Assembly: GCA_014905635.1 (NCBI GenBank) | Contig: JABVCE010000017.1 | Span: 124,001 to 188,000 of the forward strand | DNA: 64,000 nt | Direction of reading: 5' to 3' | Source: Scenedesmus sp. PABB004 | Taxonomy: Eukaryota | Shown: piece after piece, positions 1 through 15,030 of the stretch | Layout of the letters: the number at the start of each line of letters is the position of its first letter | Numbering within the stretch: the stretch's first letter is position 1 | Notes under the pieces: generated by a model | Told to the model about the DNA's origin: nothing | Database searches by the model: none | The model's input: the letters and a program-made list of their open reading frames with translations, nothing else | Program-made: the position numbers and the translations under genes

Positions 1-540
1 AGCGGGGGCCGTCCTCTCCACGCGGGCGACGGCGCGGGCGCGTGCCGGGCGCGTGCGCCGGAGCTGCGGCGCGGCCGCGGGCCGCGCGCGCGCGCGGCGC
101 GGCGGCCCGGCACGGCGCGCCGGCGGCGCGCGCCGCCGCGTGCGGCGGGCCTGCGCGTGGCAGCGCGCTGAGCGGCAGCGGGGGCCGTCCTCTCCACGCG
201 GGCGACGGCGCGGGCGCGTGCCGGGCGCGTGCGCCGGAGCTGCGGCGCCGGCCGCGGGCCCGCGCGCGCGCGGCGCGCGGCGGCCCGGCACGGCGGCGCG
301 CGCCGCCGGCGGTGCCCGGCGGGCCTGCGCGTGGCAGCGCGCTGAGCGGCAGCGGGGGCCGTCCTCTCCACGCGGGCGACGGCGCGGGCGCGTGCCGGGC
401 GCGTGCGCCGGAGCTGCGGCGCCGGCCGCGGGCCCGCGCGCGCGCGGCGCGGCGGCCCGGCACGGCGGCGCGCGCCGCCGGCGGTGCCCGGCGGGCCTGC
501 GCGTGGCAGCGCGCTGAGCGGCAGCGGGGGCCGTCCTCTC
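1..540. repeat. 172-bp GC-rich tandem satellite, left arm (about 3 units, runs off window start)
   Basis: Unit GGCCGTCCTCTCCACGCGGGCGACGG...GAGCGGCAGCGGG recurs; same unit as 5818-6900. Confidence 0.95.
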
Positions 541-583
541 TTTTTTTTTTTTTTTTTTTGTTACAATGGGTGACCAGACAAGG

Positions 584-1442
584 ACCGCGCTGGAGCTGCG
601 GGCGCAGCTGCCGTGGCGGTGGGGCGCGATCGCCTGCGCGTTTGCGGCTCTCGGCGTGCACCGGGTGATCCCCCACGGCAGCATGACCGTGGAGCAGATC
701 AGGGTGGAGGCCCTGGTTTTTTTTTGGTTTTTTTTTGTTACAACGGGTGACCAGACAAGGACCGAGGCCCAGGGGCAGCCCAAGGACCGAGGCCCTGGTG
801 GGCAACTGCAGCGTCGGCGCGGCCCTGGGCGGCGCGCGCATCGCGTCGCTCGAGGACCTGCCCGCGGAGCTGCGCAGCGACAGCCTCGGGCAGGCGGCGC
901 CGCGCCTGCCGTGGCGGCCGGCCGCCGACGGCGTCGTCATGCCGGGTGAGTGGCAGCAGGCACTCCGCGCGCAGCGGGCCGAGCGCGCCGGGTTGGCAGG
1001 CGCTGGGCCCAGCGCGGCGCCGCCGTCGCCGGGCGGCGGCGTGGTGCAGCAGCCCAGCAGCCGCTGGCGGCGCTGCCGGTGGAGCAGCCGCCGCAGCCCG
1101 CCGCCGCCGCCGCCCGCCGTGCGGTGGGTACGGCGGTGGGCGCTGGGCGCGGGCAGCGGCGAGCTTCTCAAGGTGGGCCTGACAGCAGGCTCCGCACCGC
1201 CGAGCCCCCGCCCGAGATAGTCGCGGCGGGGGGGTGGGAGGACTGCTGCGTGGTGGACGCGGCAGGCGCCGCGGCCAGCGGGCGGGCGCGCAGCGCGCGG
1301 CGGCCGGAGCGCCCGGGGCAGCGGCGCCGGCGGAGCAGCCGGAGATGCACAGCAGGGCGCGGCGATGGTGCCTCGTGGGCTTCTGGCCTGACGTCCGCGT
1401 CGACCCCTCCGTGTGGGGGTTTGGGCACGCGGCCACGGTCAT
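584..1442 (+). mobile_element. Inverted internal fragment of the same LINE ORF2 (near reverse complement of about 3463-4242)
   Basis: Encodes TALELRAQLPWRWGAIACAFAALGVHRVIPHGSMTVEQIRVEALV...VDPSVWGFGHAATV, matching the minus-strand ORF2. Confidence 0.9.
718..788 (-). mobile_element. About 70-bp 5'-truncated copy of the LINE 3' end with poly(A) tail, nested in the inverted fragment
   Basis: T-run then GTTACAACGGGTGACCAGACAAGGACCGAGGCCCAGGGGCAGCCC, flanked by 11-bp direct repeat GAGGCCCTGGT (707-717, 789-799). Confidence 0.85.
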
Positions 1443-4400
1443 TTTGTTTTTTTTTTTATGTTACAATGGGTGACCAGACAAAGACCGAGGCCCAGGGGCA
1501 GCCCACTGAAAAAAACTCCAACGGGAAGAGCGCAGCAACCCCTCGTGAAAAACCGCGCCCCGGCGCCCCCCGAGAGGGGGCCCACACATCACCCAACGGC
1601 ACAGCCAGAGGCCAACGCCCAACGGGCGCCCAAGGAGACCAGGTGATGCCCCGCAATCAAAGGGGCAGCAGCAGATCAGGCCGCACACCCCCCTTCCGGT
1701 ACGGCGAGCCGCACCGGGCATCGGTGCAGCGAGGTGCACCGGCTCCAAGCCTCCGCGCAGAGATCACGCGCAAACGCCATCCACGCTGGCGGCGGCAGGG
1801 GCCGGCCTCAGCGGCATCAGCCCCCGCGCCGCGCGACGACACACGCACACACCAGGGGGCAGCAGTTGGCTTTGCTGCAAAAACCCCTGAGAAAGCCGCG
1901 CACCGACGAGAAAGCCGCCCCACCGGGCAGGCAGCACGCCAAGCCCGCCGCGCACGGAGCGCGTGCAGCCGCCAACACGCCGGCCGGCGCCAGGGGCCGG
2001 CCCCATCGGCTGCAGCCCCCTCGCCGCGCGACGACAAACACGCAGACACCAGCCCCGCGGCACGGGCGGACACCGCCCAACCTTGCACGCTGCAGAAGAG
2101 GCGCGACACGCAGCCAGCCGGGGTCGCAGCACGCCCGGGCGGACCCCCCCGGCCCCCGGCCCCGCAGCTAGCCGCCGCGCTGTGCGCCGCCGCGCCGCCG
2201 GCGCCGCCGCCGCCCGCGCGCCGGCGGGGTCCTGCGCCGCCGGCGGGGCCAGCGCCGGCGCCGCCGGCAACGCCGGCACGCCCGTTGCGGTGAGCCGGAA
2301 CTCCATTGTGAAGCGGCCCCCGTGCTGGCCCGTGCGCGCGATGATCCCTCGGTGGCACCACCGGCGTTCGAAATCTGCCCGAGTGAGCTCCTTGCCGGAG
2401 CCCTGTGGTGTAACTATCTTATCTTATCTTATCTTAGCCCGACAGCCAGGAGCGCGGCACGCCCGCCAGCGCGCGCACGTCCATCGCTGCCTTGCGCCAG
2501 TCCAGCACGACTGCGTCGCGCACCGAGTACACAAAGATGCGAATCGCCGCCACAGGCGCGTGCCCGGGCTGGCCGCCGCCGTACCGCGCGCGCGCGGCGA
2601 GCAGGGCGCGCAGCAGCAGCAGGCGGAGGTGCGTCTAGAGCTGCTGCAGCTCCGGCGCGACGCCCGACCTGGCAAAGTCGTCCGCCAGCATCACCCTGGG
2701 CGGGGGCGGCGCGCGCGGGAAGCCCGGCTGCAGCCGCGCCCAGAGGTGAGCAAACCACTGCAGCACCGCCGCCGCCACGGGGCAGCCGCCGAGGACGTGG
2801 CCGAGCGTCTCCAGCGGCGGCTGCTGCTGCGCGCGGCAGAGCGGGTGCGGGCACGCCAGCTCCGCCAGCTCCGGCGCCGCGCGCTGGTAAGAGAAGACCC
2901 TGTCGCCGCTGACGCGCACCCCGCCGTGCAGCAGGCTCCAGCCAAAGTGTCGCAGGGCGCGCGGCATGCGCGCCTGCTGCGCGCGCGCGCGTAGCAGGCG
3001 GCCCAGGCGGGCGGCTCCGCGCGCTCGCCGGCGCGCGGCGGCGCAGTCGCACCAGTGAGCGGTCGACGAGGTCGTTGGCCGCCGGCTCCTGAACCAGGGT
3101 TCTGCGCTGCTCCAGCTGCTGCTCCCGCCGCTGCTCCTGCTCCTCGCGCCGCGCCGCGGCGGCAGCGGCCGCCGCCGGCCCGACGCGCTCCATGACGTGG
3201 CGCCGCGGGGGGCGAGACTTTCTGCCACGCCGGCAGCCCAGGCTCCGGGTCTGGCGTCTCGGCTCGCTGCCGCTCCCGCCCAGCTGCGCTTCTGGCCCGC
3301 CTCCCGCCGCGCGATGGCGCTGGCCGGGCATGCCTGGCCGTAGCCGGCGCGCCAGAGGCCCGGCACGCAGCCAACGCCGGGCGTCCAGCCCCCTGCCGGC
3401 GTGACCTCGCGCGCGCAGCGCAGCTGCAGCAGCCGCAGGGTCGCGCCGCGCACCGTAAACTGCATGACCGTGGCCGCGTGCCCGAGCCCCCACACGGAGG
3501 GGTCGACGCGGACGTCAGGCCAAAAGCCCACGAGGAACCATCGCCGCGCCCTGCTGTGCATCTCCGGCTGCTCCGCCGGCGCCGCTGCCCCCGGGCGCTC
3601 CGGCCGCCGCGCGCTGCGCGCCCGCCGCTGGCCGCGGCGCCTGCGCCGCGTCCACCACGCAGCAGTCCTCCCACCCCCCCGCCGCGACTATCTCGGGCGG
3701 GGGCTCGGCGGTGCGGAGCCTGCTGTCAGGCCCACCTCGAAGAAGCTCGCCGCTGCCGCGCCCAGCGCCCACCGCCGTACCCACCGCACGGCGGGCGGCG
3801 GCGGCGGCGGCTGCGGCGGCTGCTCCACCGGCAGCGCCGCCAGCGGCTGCTGGGGCTGCTGCACCACGCCGCCGCCCGGCGACGGCGGCGCCGCGCTGGG
3901 CCGCAGCGCCTGCCAACCCGGCGCGCTCGGCCCGCTGCGCGCGAGTGCCTGCTGCCACTCACCCGGCATGACGACGCCGTCGGCGGCCGGCCGCCACGGC
4001 AGGCGCGGCGCCGCCTGCCCGAGGCTGTCGCTGCGCAGCTCCGCGGGCAGGTCCTCGAGCGACGCGATGCGCGCGCCGCCCAGGGCCGCGCCGACGCTGC
4101 AGTTGCCCACCAGGGCCTCAACCCTGATCTGCTCCACGGTCATGCTGCCGTGGGGGATCACCCGGTGCACGCCGAGAGCCGCAAACGCGCAGGCGATCGC
4201 GCCCCACCGCCACGGCAGCTGCGCCCGCAGCTCCAGCGCGGTGCCCTGCACGAGGGCGGCGGTGCCCCGGCCAGGCAACGCGCGCGCGAAGCGCGCCGCC
4301 GCGGGTGGCTTCCAGGCCGCCCCCACCGGGTGCAGCAGCCTGGCGGCCGTCTTGGCCAGCATTGCCGTGGTGAAGGCCGCGACGTCGACCTGCGCCTCGC

Positions 4401-5814
4401 CGCCCATGCTCGCGGGCAGGCACGCGATGGCCGCCCGCGGAACCTGCCTGATAATGCGGTTGCCGCTCTCGCGGATGCACCAGTTGCCGACGATGTAGGC
4501 GGTGACGCGCCGCTGGATGAGGCGCAGGAGGTCGGCCGGCACCGGCACAAACTGCGCGTGCCAGCCCACGCAGGCCGCGAGCACCTGGCGCGCAACGTGC
4601 CGGCGGCCCGGGCGCGTGAGCGCGTACCGCGACCAGTGCGCGATGCGGCAGGTGATGGTGCGCAGCCGCTCGCGGTAAAGCTGCGCCGCGTGCCGCTCGA
4701 CGCCGGTGGCAGAGAGCAGCACGCCCAGGTGCCTGATCGGCGCCTGCTCTGTGTCCGGGAAGCACACGCCCGTGCTGCACTCGACCAGCTGCCCGCTGCC
4801 ATCCGGCTGCAGCTGCAGCGCCGGGTGGTTGCCCAGCAGCATGCCCTTGCACTTGGCCAGGTTGAGCTGCGCGCCGCTGGCCAGGCAGAACGGCGCGACG
4901 GCGCCGTCCAGCAGCCGCTTGGCGCTCTCCACTGACGCTGCGTGCAGGGTGGTGTCGTCTGCGTGCTGGTGGCAGCAGGGCGCCGGCCCTGCGCCGCCGG
5001 GCAGCCGCAGGCTGGCAAAACCGGGCTGCCGCTGCACGCGCCGGCACATGGCCGCCAGCGGCTGCGCCGCCAGCACATACAGCAGCGGGCTGAGCGGGCT
5101 GCCCTGCGCGCAGCCCGACGCCACGCTGAACTCGCGGCTGACATGGCCGCCGTTGAAGGCGACGCGCGCCCGCGTGCCTGCGAGCAGCAGGCGGACCCAG
5201 CGCGTGGTTGCGTCGGGCAGGCCCATGCGCGCGAGGCACCTGAACAGCCAGCCGCGGTCGAGGCGGTCGTAGGCCTTGGCAAAGTCGAGGAACAGCAGGC
5301 AGCCCGGCGCGCGCGTCTCGCGCGCGTGGTCGATCGCCTCCAGGTGCATGAGCACGTTGTCGGCGATGTCCCGGCCCGGCACAAACGCCGTCTGCGTGCC
5401 GTCGACGATGGAGCCGAGCGCGGGCGCGAGCCGCTGCACGATGGCCTTGGCTGCGATCTTGGTGTCTGTGTTGAGCAGCGTGATGGGGCGGTAGCTGCTG
5501 ACCGCCTCGCGCGGCTGGCCGCCCTTGTGGATCAGCGTGATGAGCCCGAGCCGCTGCGTCGCCGCGAGCTGCGGCGCGCCGGCTGCCTGGTTGAGGTAGT
5601 GATAGTTGAGGGCTTGGACGAGCGGCTCGCCCAGCACCTCCCACAGGGCCGCGTAGGCCTCGCAGGTGAGGCCGTCGCTGCCCGGCGCCGCGCCGCGCGG
5701 CAGGCTGGCCAGCGCCGCCGTCGCCTCGGCGAACGTGAGCAGCCCCTCGGGGTCCTGCCCGCGGCAGGCCCGCTGCTCGGCTGCCGAGAGCTGCCGGTCC
5801 AGCGCGTCCAGCAT
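1443..5814 (-). pseudogene. 5'-truncated, disrupted L1/Tx1-type ORF2 (reverse transcriptase plus C-terminal zinc knuckle) with 3' UTR and poly(A) tail
   Basis: RT motifs APGSDG, YRPITLLNTDTKI, QTAFVPGR, FLDFAKAYDRL, GCAQGSPLSPLLY, HADD, RHLGV. zf-RVT-like CPHPLC...ETLGHVLGGC and terminal FERRW. No endonuclease. In-frame stop at 2635-2637, frameshifts and a 32-bp insertion. Confidence 0.9.
2404..2435 (+). mobile_element. 32-bp retroposed 3' tail of a different element (TGTAA plus (ATCTT)4) inserted in LINE ORF2
   Basis: TGTGGTGTAACTATCTTATCTTATCTTATCTT flanked by AGCCC at 2399-2403 and 2436-2440. Removing it rejoins ...RSWLSG-SGKELTRADFERRW. Confidence 0.75.
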
Positions 5815-5817
5815 GCA

Positions 5818-6900
5818 GGCCGTCCTCTCCACGCGGGCGACGGCGCGGGCGCGTGCCGGGCGCGTGCGCCGGAGCTGCGGCGCCGGCCGCGGGCCCGCGC
5901 GCGCGCGGCGCGGCGGCCCGGCACGGCGGCGCGCGCCGCCGGCGGTGCCCGGCGGGCCTGCGCGTGGCAGCGCGCCGAGCGGCAGCGGGGGCCGTCCTCT
6001 CCACGCGGGCGACGGCGCGGGCGCGTGCCGGGCGCGTGCGCCGGAGCTGCGGCGCCGGCCGCGGGCCCGCGCGCGCGCGGCGCGGCGGCCCGGCACGGCG
6101 GCGCGCGCCGCCGGCGGTGCCCGGCGGGCCTGCGCGTGGCAGCGCGCCGAGCGGCAGCGGGGGCCGTCCTCTCCACGCGGGCGACGGCGCGGGCGCGTGC
6201 CGGGCGCGTGCGCCGGAGCTGCGGCGCCGGCCGCGGGCCGCGCGCGCGCGGCGCGGCGGCCCGGCACGGCGGCGCGCGCCGCCGGCGGTGCCCGGCGGGC
6301 CTGCGCGTGGCAGCGCGCCGAGCGGCAGCGGGGGCCGTCCTCTCCACGCGGGCGACGGCGCGGGCGCGTGCCGGGCGCGTGCGCCGGAGCTGCGGCGCCG
6401 GCCGCGGGCCCGCGCGCGCGCGGCGCGGCGGCCCGGCACGGCGGCGCGCGCCGCCGGCGGTGCCCGGCGGGCCTGCGCGTGGCAGCGCGCCGAGCGGCAG
6501 CGGGGGCCGTCCTCTCCACGCGGGCGACGGCGCGGGCGCGTGCCGGGCGCGTGCGCCGGAGCTGCGGCGCCGGCCGCGGGCCCGCGCGCGCGCGGCGCGG
6601 CGGCCCGGCACGGCGGCGCGCGCCGCCGGCGGTGCCCGGCGGGCCTGCGCGTGGCAGCGCGCCGAGCGGCAGCGGGGGCCGTCCTCTCCACGCGGGCGAC
6701 GGCGCGGGCGCGTGCCGGGCGCGTGCGCCGGAGCTGCGGCGCCGGCCGCGGGCCCGCGCGCGCGCGGCGCGGCGGCCCGGCACGGCGGCGCGCGCCGCCG
6801 GCGGTGCCCGGCGGGCCTGCGCGTGGCAGCGCGCTGAGCGGCAGCGGGGGCCGTCCTCTCCACGCGGGCGACGGCGCGGGCGCGTGCCGGGCGCGTGCGC
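5818..6900. repeat. 172-bp tandem satellite, right arm (about 6.3 near-identical units)
   Basis: GCCGTCCTCT starts at 5819, 5991, 6163, 6334, 6506, 6678, 6850. Confidence 0.97.
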
Positions 6901-6910
6901 GTTGCCTCCT

Positions 6911-8507
6911 TCATTCTCTGCGGCGCCCGCGCCGTGCCGGGTCCTCGCCGTCCCACTCCGCAATGGGGCGGTCATGCAGCCACTTGGTCATCACAAATTT
7001 TTCGCCCCCCGGCCCTACCGGGCACGCGCCGTGTAGTGCGCGCGGGTTGACGCTGAGGTCGGGGTTGAGGCTGAAGAACAGCAGCGCGTCGCCCGCGCGC
7101 GGCCGGTACGCAAAATCGCCGCCGTCGCACGACGGCACGTCGGCGCCGCCGTTTGCGCCGCGCGCCGCGCCTGAGGCGCGTCGGGTGCAGCGCAGCGGCG
7201 TGGGCCGCGGCCCGCGGCGTGCCCGCTGTCCCTGCCCCCCCCCCCCCCCCCCCCAAACATGCGAGCGCGCTGCTGCGGCGCCACGCGCACCGTAGCGGCC
7301 CTCGCGCTTGAACACCGTCTCCCCGCCGTCCGGGACGTCATTGAGGTAGAGCACCACCGTCGCAGCGCGCTGCCCAAAGCCGTCGCGCGCGGGCGCGTCA
7401 AACGTGTCCATGTGCGGCGCGTAGTGCTGCCCCGGGGCGTAGCGGAGGACGTTGAAGTCCTGCGGCGCAGCGGCGGCGGTGCGCGCGCGCACGTGCACGT
7501 GCGGGCGTGGCAAGAGGGGTTGCGGGTTGAGAGGGGCAATAGGGAGCGCTCCCCCGTCCCCGCGACACCACCACGTCCAGCGCACCTCGCCGTGGCTGGG
7601 CGGGATGAAGGTCACCGCCGCGATGCGCTCCTCGATCGCCGCCAGCGCGCCACTCGGGTCGTCGCGCGACGCGAGGAACACGCCCGCGCTCGTGCGCACG
7701 CCCTCGCCGGCGCGGCCCGGCCGGCGGCGCCGCCGCCCGCGAGCGTGGAGGGCGCGAGGCGAGGCGCGGCGAGGGCGATGACGTGGCGCGCGGTCGCGGC
7801 GTCGATGAAGTTGGGGAAGAGCACGACGCGGGGGTACCAGCTCAGCACCTGTGCGTGTTGGCGCGCGTGTGTGTGTGTTGGGGGGGGGGGAGGCCCAGGG
7901 GTCACAGTTGAGCTCGGGGCGCCGCGTGAGCAAGACGACGACCCGGGCGGGGCCGCGCCGCGCCGCGCCGTGCGCCGCGCAACCACGCCACGCGCCTGGT
8001 GCGGCGCGACGGTGTAAAAGGCGTCGCCCGACGCGCCCGCCGGCACCGGCGGCCGCGCCGCGAGCAGCCCCGACTGCGTAAGGAAGGCGCGCGCAAAGTC
8101 GTCCGGGAGTGGCAGCTGCGGCGCCTCCGTGCCGCCGCCAGCCAGCCGCGGCGGCGCCGCGGGCGCCTCCCCGCGGGGCGCGCGTTCGCGCTGCGCCAGG
8201 CCCTCCGTCGGCGGCAGGAAGGCCTCCTGCGGCAGGGGGGGGAGTGCGGGGCGTTGAGCACGCTGCCATGCCCCCGCGGCGCCGCTGACTCTCCGCCGCC
8301 CCGGCCTGCGTAGCGCACCATCTCCAGCGGGTACGGCTCCGGCGCGCGGTGGCAGCCCAGCAGGAAGCCGAGCACCAGGCACGCGAGCGCGAATGCGGCC
8401 GTGCGCAGGCCGCCGGTGTCGCCGGTGCCGCCCGCGCGCCGGGCCCCGCCGCTGCCGGCAGCGCCCAGCATGAGCGCCGGGCGGCCTGATTGCTGGAGGA
8501 AGAGCAT
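6911..8507 (-). CDS. P4H: Prolyl 4-hydroxylase (2OG-Fe(II) dioxygenase), multi-exon, N-terminal membrane anchor
   Basis: LSWYPRVVLFPNF, VRTSAGVFL, FNVLRYAPGQHYAPHMD (HxD), RAATVVLYLNDVPDGGETVF, RALHGACPVGPGGEKFVMTKW. Hydrophobic AAFALACLVLGFLLG near the N-terminus. Confidence 0.92.
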
Positions 8508-9320
8508 GGTGGTGGTGCTGCTGGAGCTGCTGCTCACCTGAGCGGGCCCGCCTGCGGGCGCGGCGGGCCGGCACGGGCGCGTCGTCGGCAGCGGCAGCGG
8601 CGCCGCGCCCGCCCGGCGGCGCGGCGGTGCCCATTGCCGCGGCGTGACTGAGCTGTGGCCAGAGCGCGCCCCTGCCAGCGCACCGGAGCGTGCCAGAGCT
8701 GCCGCGCCCGGGCGAACAGCAGCGTGAACATGGCGCGCCTCCTCGGCCCTGCTGATGCTGCTGGGAGTGCGCCCAAGCTCTTCAGCAAGCCTGGCGAGCG
8801 CCGCGGAGGCCTGTGCGGCTCGCGCGCGGGGCCTGAGCCGAGCCGAGCAGATGCCGGAGCGCGGGAGACCGACACGCGCGCGGGTGCTGCGGGGGCGTCG
8901 CCGAGCTGCGGTCTGCCGCTCCGTCGTAGGGAGGGCCGTCGCCGGACGCACTGGGCCGCCCGCGACGCGACGCACTGATGCCGGCCAGGGCGGCGGCCGA
9001 GCTGTTGCGCCGCCCCCCGGCGCCAGCGTGGCGCGGCTCGCCGGCGCCGTGCGGCCGCCACACAGACCGATGGTCCTGAGGCCGTTACCTGCTGCGTTGC
9101 CGCCGCCCGCCGCCCGCCCCAACTCGCGCCGCGCAAGGCGAGGCCGGCCGCCGCGGGCCGCGGGCCGCGCGCGGATGCAGGATGCAGATGCAATTGCTCG
9201 TTCTTGTTGGCTGGCTGGCCCGCTCCTCGTCCCACACGCCCACCGCGCGTGCGCTCCCGCCCCGCCCCGCCTGCTGTGCCTGCCACCCCAGCCCCGGCCC
9301 GTATGCCCCGCTCACCCCGC

Positions 9321-13283
<3,963 letters not shown>

Positions 13284-13665
13284 CTAGGGCTTGCCTGGCG
13301 CTGCGCCGCCGCGTCTCTGCCCGCTAGCGCGGCGCGATCGAGCGGGCGCCCATCGCTGGGCGCCGGCTAGTCCCGTGACCACACCCGACGCCCGCGCAGC
13401 AGCAGCAGCTGCGACGCGCGGCGCCGCACACCCGGCAGCAGCGGCGGCCGCGCACCGCGGATGCTCCGCGCCCGCCGCCAGCGGCCGGACGACGACACCG
13501 CCACCCTCCTGATCCGCTTTGGCGTGCTCGGCCTCGTCGCGGCCTTGCTGGGCGGGCTGCTGCTGCTGCGCGGCGGCGCGGAGCAAGACAGCGGTGCGCT
13601 GCTCGCCGCGCCCGGCGGCGCCGCCCTGCGAGGCTGACCGGGGGGCGCACCCTGCTCCGGCAGCG

Positions 13666-14631
13666 ATGCTCCTCCGCGCGGCGGCGGTGGCGTGCCGCAG
13701 CAGGCCCGCCGCGGCGCTGGCAGCCGGGCACACGCCGCGCTGGGCGCCCGTGCTGGCCGCGGCGCGCGCGGCGCCGGCGCCGCACGGCCCCGGCCCCGCG
13801 TCGCGGCGGCGCCTCACGCTGGGCGTCGCGCTGGCCGCCGCCGCCGCAGGTGAGGCGGCGGCGCGGGGGCGCTGGCGTGTGCGCGGGCGCGCGCCTCGGG
13901 CGGCGCGGCGCGGCGAGGCGCGCGCACACGCCCTCGCCCCCTCGCCGGCCGCAGGCGCGCAGCAGCCCCACGCCGGCGCGCCGCGCCCCACGGCGGCGGC
14001 GGGCATGGCCACGAGCGCCGCGGCCGGCGGCGGCGGCGTGGTGGTGGTTTATGTGACGACGCCGAGCGCGGAGGTCGCCGACTCGCTCGCGACCGCACTC
14101 GTGGGCGTGCGCCTCGCGGCGTGCGTCAACCTGGTGCCCGGCGTGACGAGCGTTTACACCTGGAAGGTGCGCCATACGTGCGTGTGTGCGGGGGTGTGTT
14201 GGCGCAGCGGGCGAAAGCGGGAGCCACGGCGGCGCGGCGGCGCGGCGGCCCCGCAGCCAACCCTCGCCCACCCGCCCGCGCGCAGGGCAAGCTGGAGCGT
14301 GACAGCGAGGTGCTGATGATCATCAAGACCACCGCGGCGCTGCTGCCGGAGCTCACCGCAACGGCGCGCCGCCGCCGCGCAGCGTGCTGCGCGCGCGCGC
14401 CGCGCCGCGCCGCTCCGTGCGCCGCGCGCCGGGCGCCGCGCGCGCGCCGTGGCGGTGCTGACGTGCGCCCGCGCCGCGCCGCGCCCTCGCATGCGCCAGG
14501 TGGTGCAGCTGCACCCGTACGACGAGCCGGAGGTGCTAGCCCTGCCCGCGGTCGGCGGCAGCGCGACGTACCTGGCCTGGGTCGCGGCCTCGACGGGCCC
14601 CGCACCCGACGACGGCGCCGCCGCGCAGTGA
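13666..14631 (+). CDS. CUTA: CutA divalent-cation tolerance protein with N-terminal transit-like extension
   Basis: VVVYVTTPS...LAACVNLVPGVTSVYTWK|GKLERDSEVLMIIKT|VVQLHPYDEPEVLALP...YLAWV. Confidence 0.92.
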
Positions 14632-15030
14632 GGGCCGCTGGAGGAGCGTGCCGGCGCGGCGGTCGGGAGACGCGTCGGAGCAGCGGCAGCGGCGCTTCAG
14701 CGGCCGTGCGCCGCGCCGCTGCTGCGCCGCCGCCGGCGCGCCTGCTGCCCGCTGCTCGGTGACCGCCTCGACCCACACACGCGCCCGCCCGTGCGTCGTC
14801 GTAGCGCGCCGCGCCGAAGCGCCCGTCGAAGCCTCTCCGCGGCGGCGCTCCGGGGCCCGGCGCCACGCGCATTGCGCCGCCTTTCGCGCGCCTCACCGTC
14901 AGCTCTCCGCCGGACGCGCGGCGTGCCACCGCGTCGCCCCGGCGCGGCAACAGCGGGCCGATCCCCCCGCGCGTTCACCACCACCACACGCCGTCCACGC
15001 CCGCGCCCTCCCCACCGGCCGACGGTCGCC

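Larger units (their letters stand above)
541..5817 (-). mobile_element. Composite non-LTR retrotransposon (L1/Tx1-like) insertion in the satellite, with 12-bp target-site duplication
   Basis: GGCCGTCCTCTC at 529-540 and 5818-5829 flanks the insert. Poly(A) tail (T-run from 541) preceded on the minus strand by TGTAA. RT and zinc-knuckle motifs lie inside. Confidence 0.9.

Noticed and set aside
541..1505. CRISPR-like or DGR-like repeat/spacer arrangement beside an RT
   Set aside because: The repeats are LINE 3' ends with poly(A) tails and TSDs, the spacers are pieces of the LINE itself, there are no cas genes and no adenine-specific variation is evident
2360..2400. tRNA/SINE B-box-like GTTCGAA
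   Set aside because: No cloverleaf or A-box; the bases are the antisense of LINE coding sequence (ADFERRW)
2635..2637. In-frame TAG in LINE ORF2 as codon reassignment
   Set aside because: It is in a decayed element and likely a TGG-to-TAG mutation; host genes show no internal TAG usage
3688..6975. 1095-aa ORF fusing a repeat domain to reverse transcriptase
   Set aside because: The N-terminal part is stop-free satellite read through the TSD into a 5'-truncated LINE, so it is not a real fusion protein
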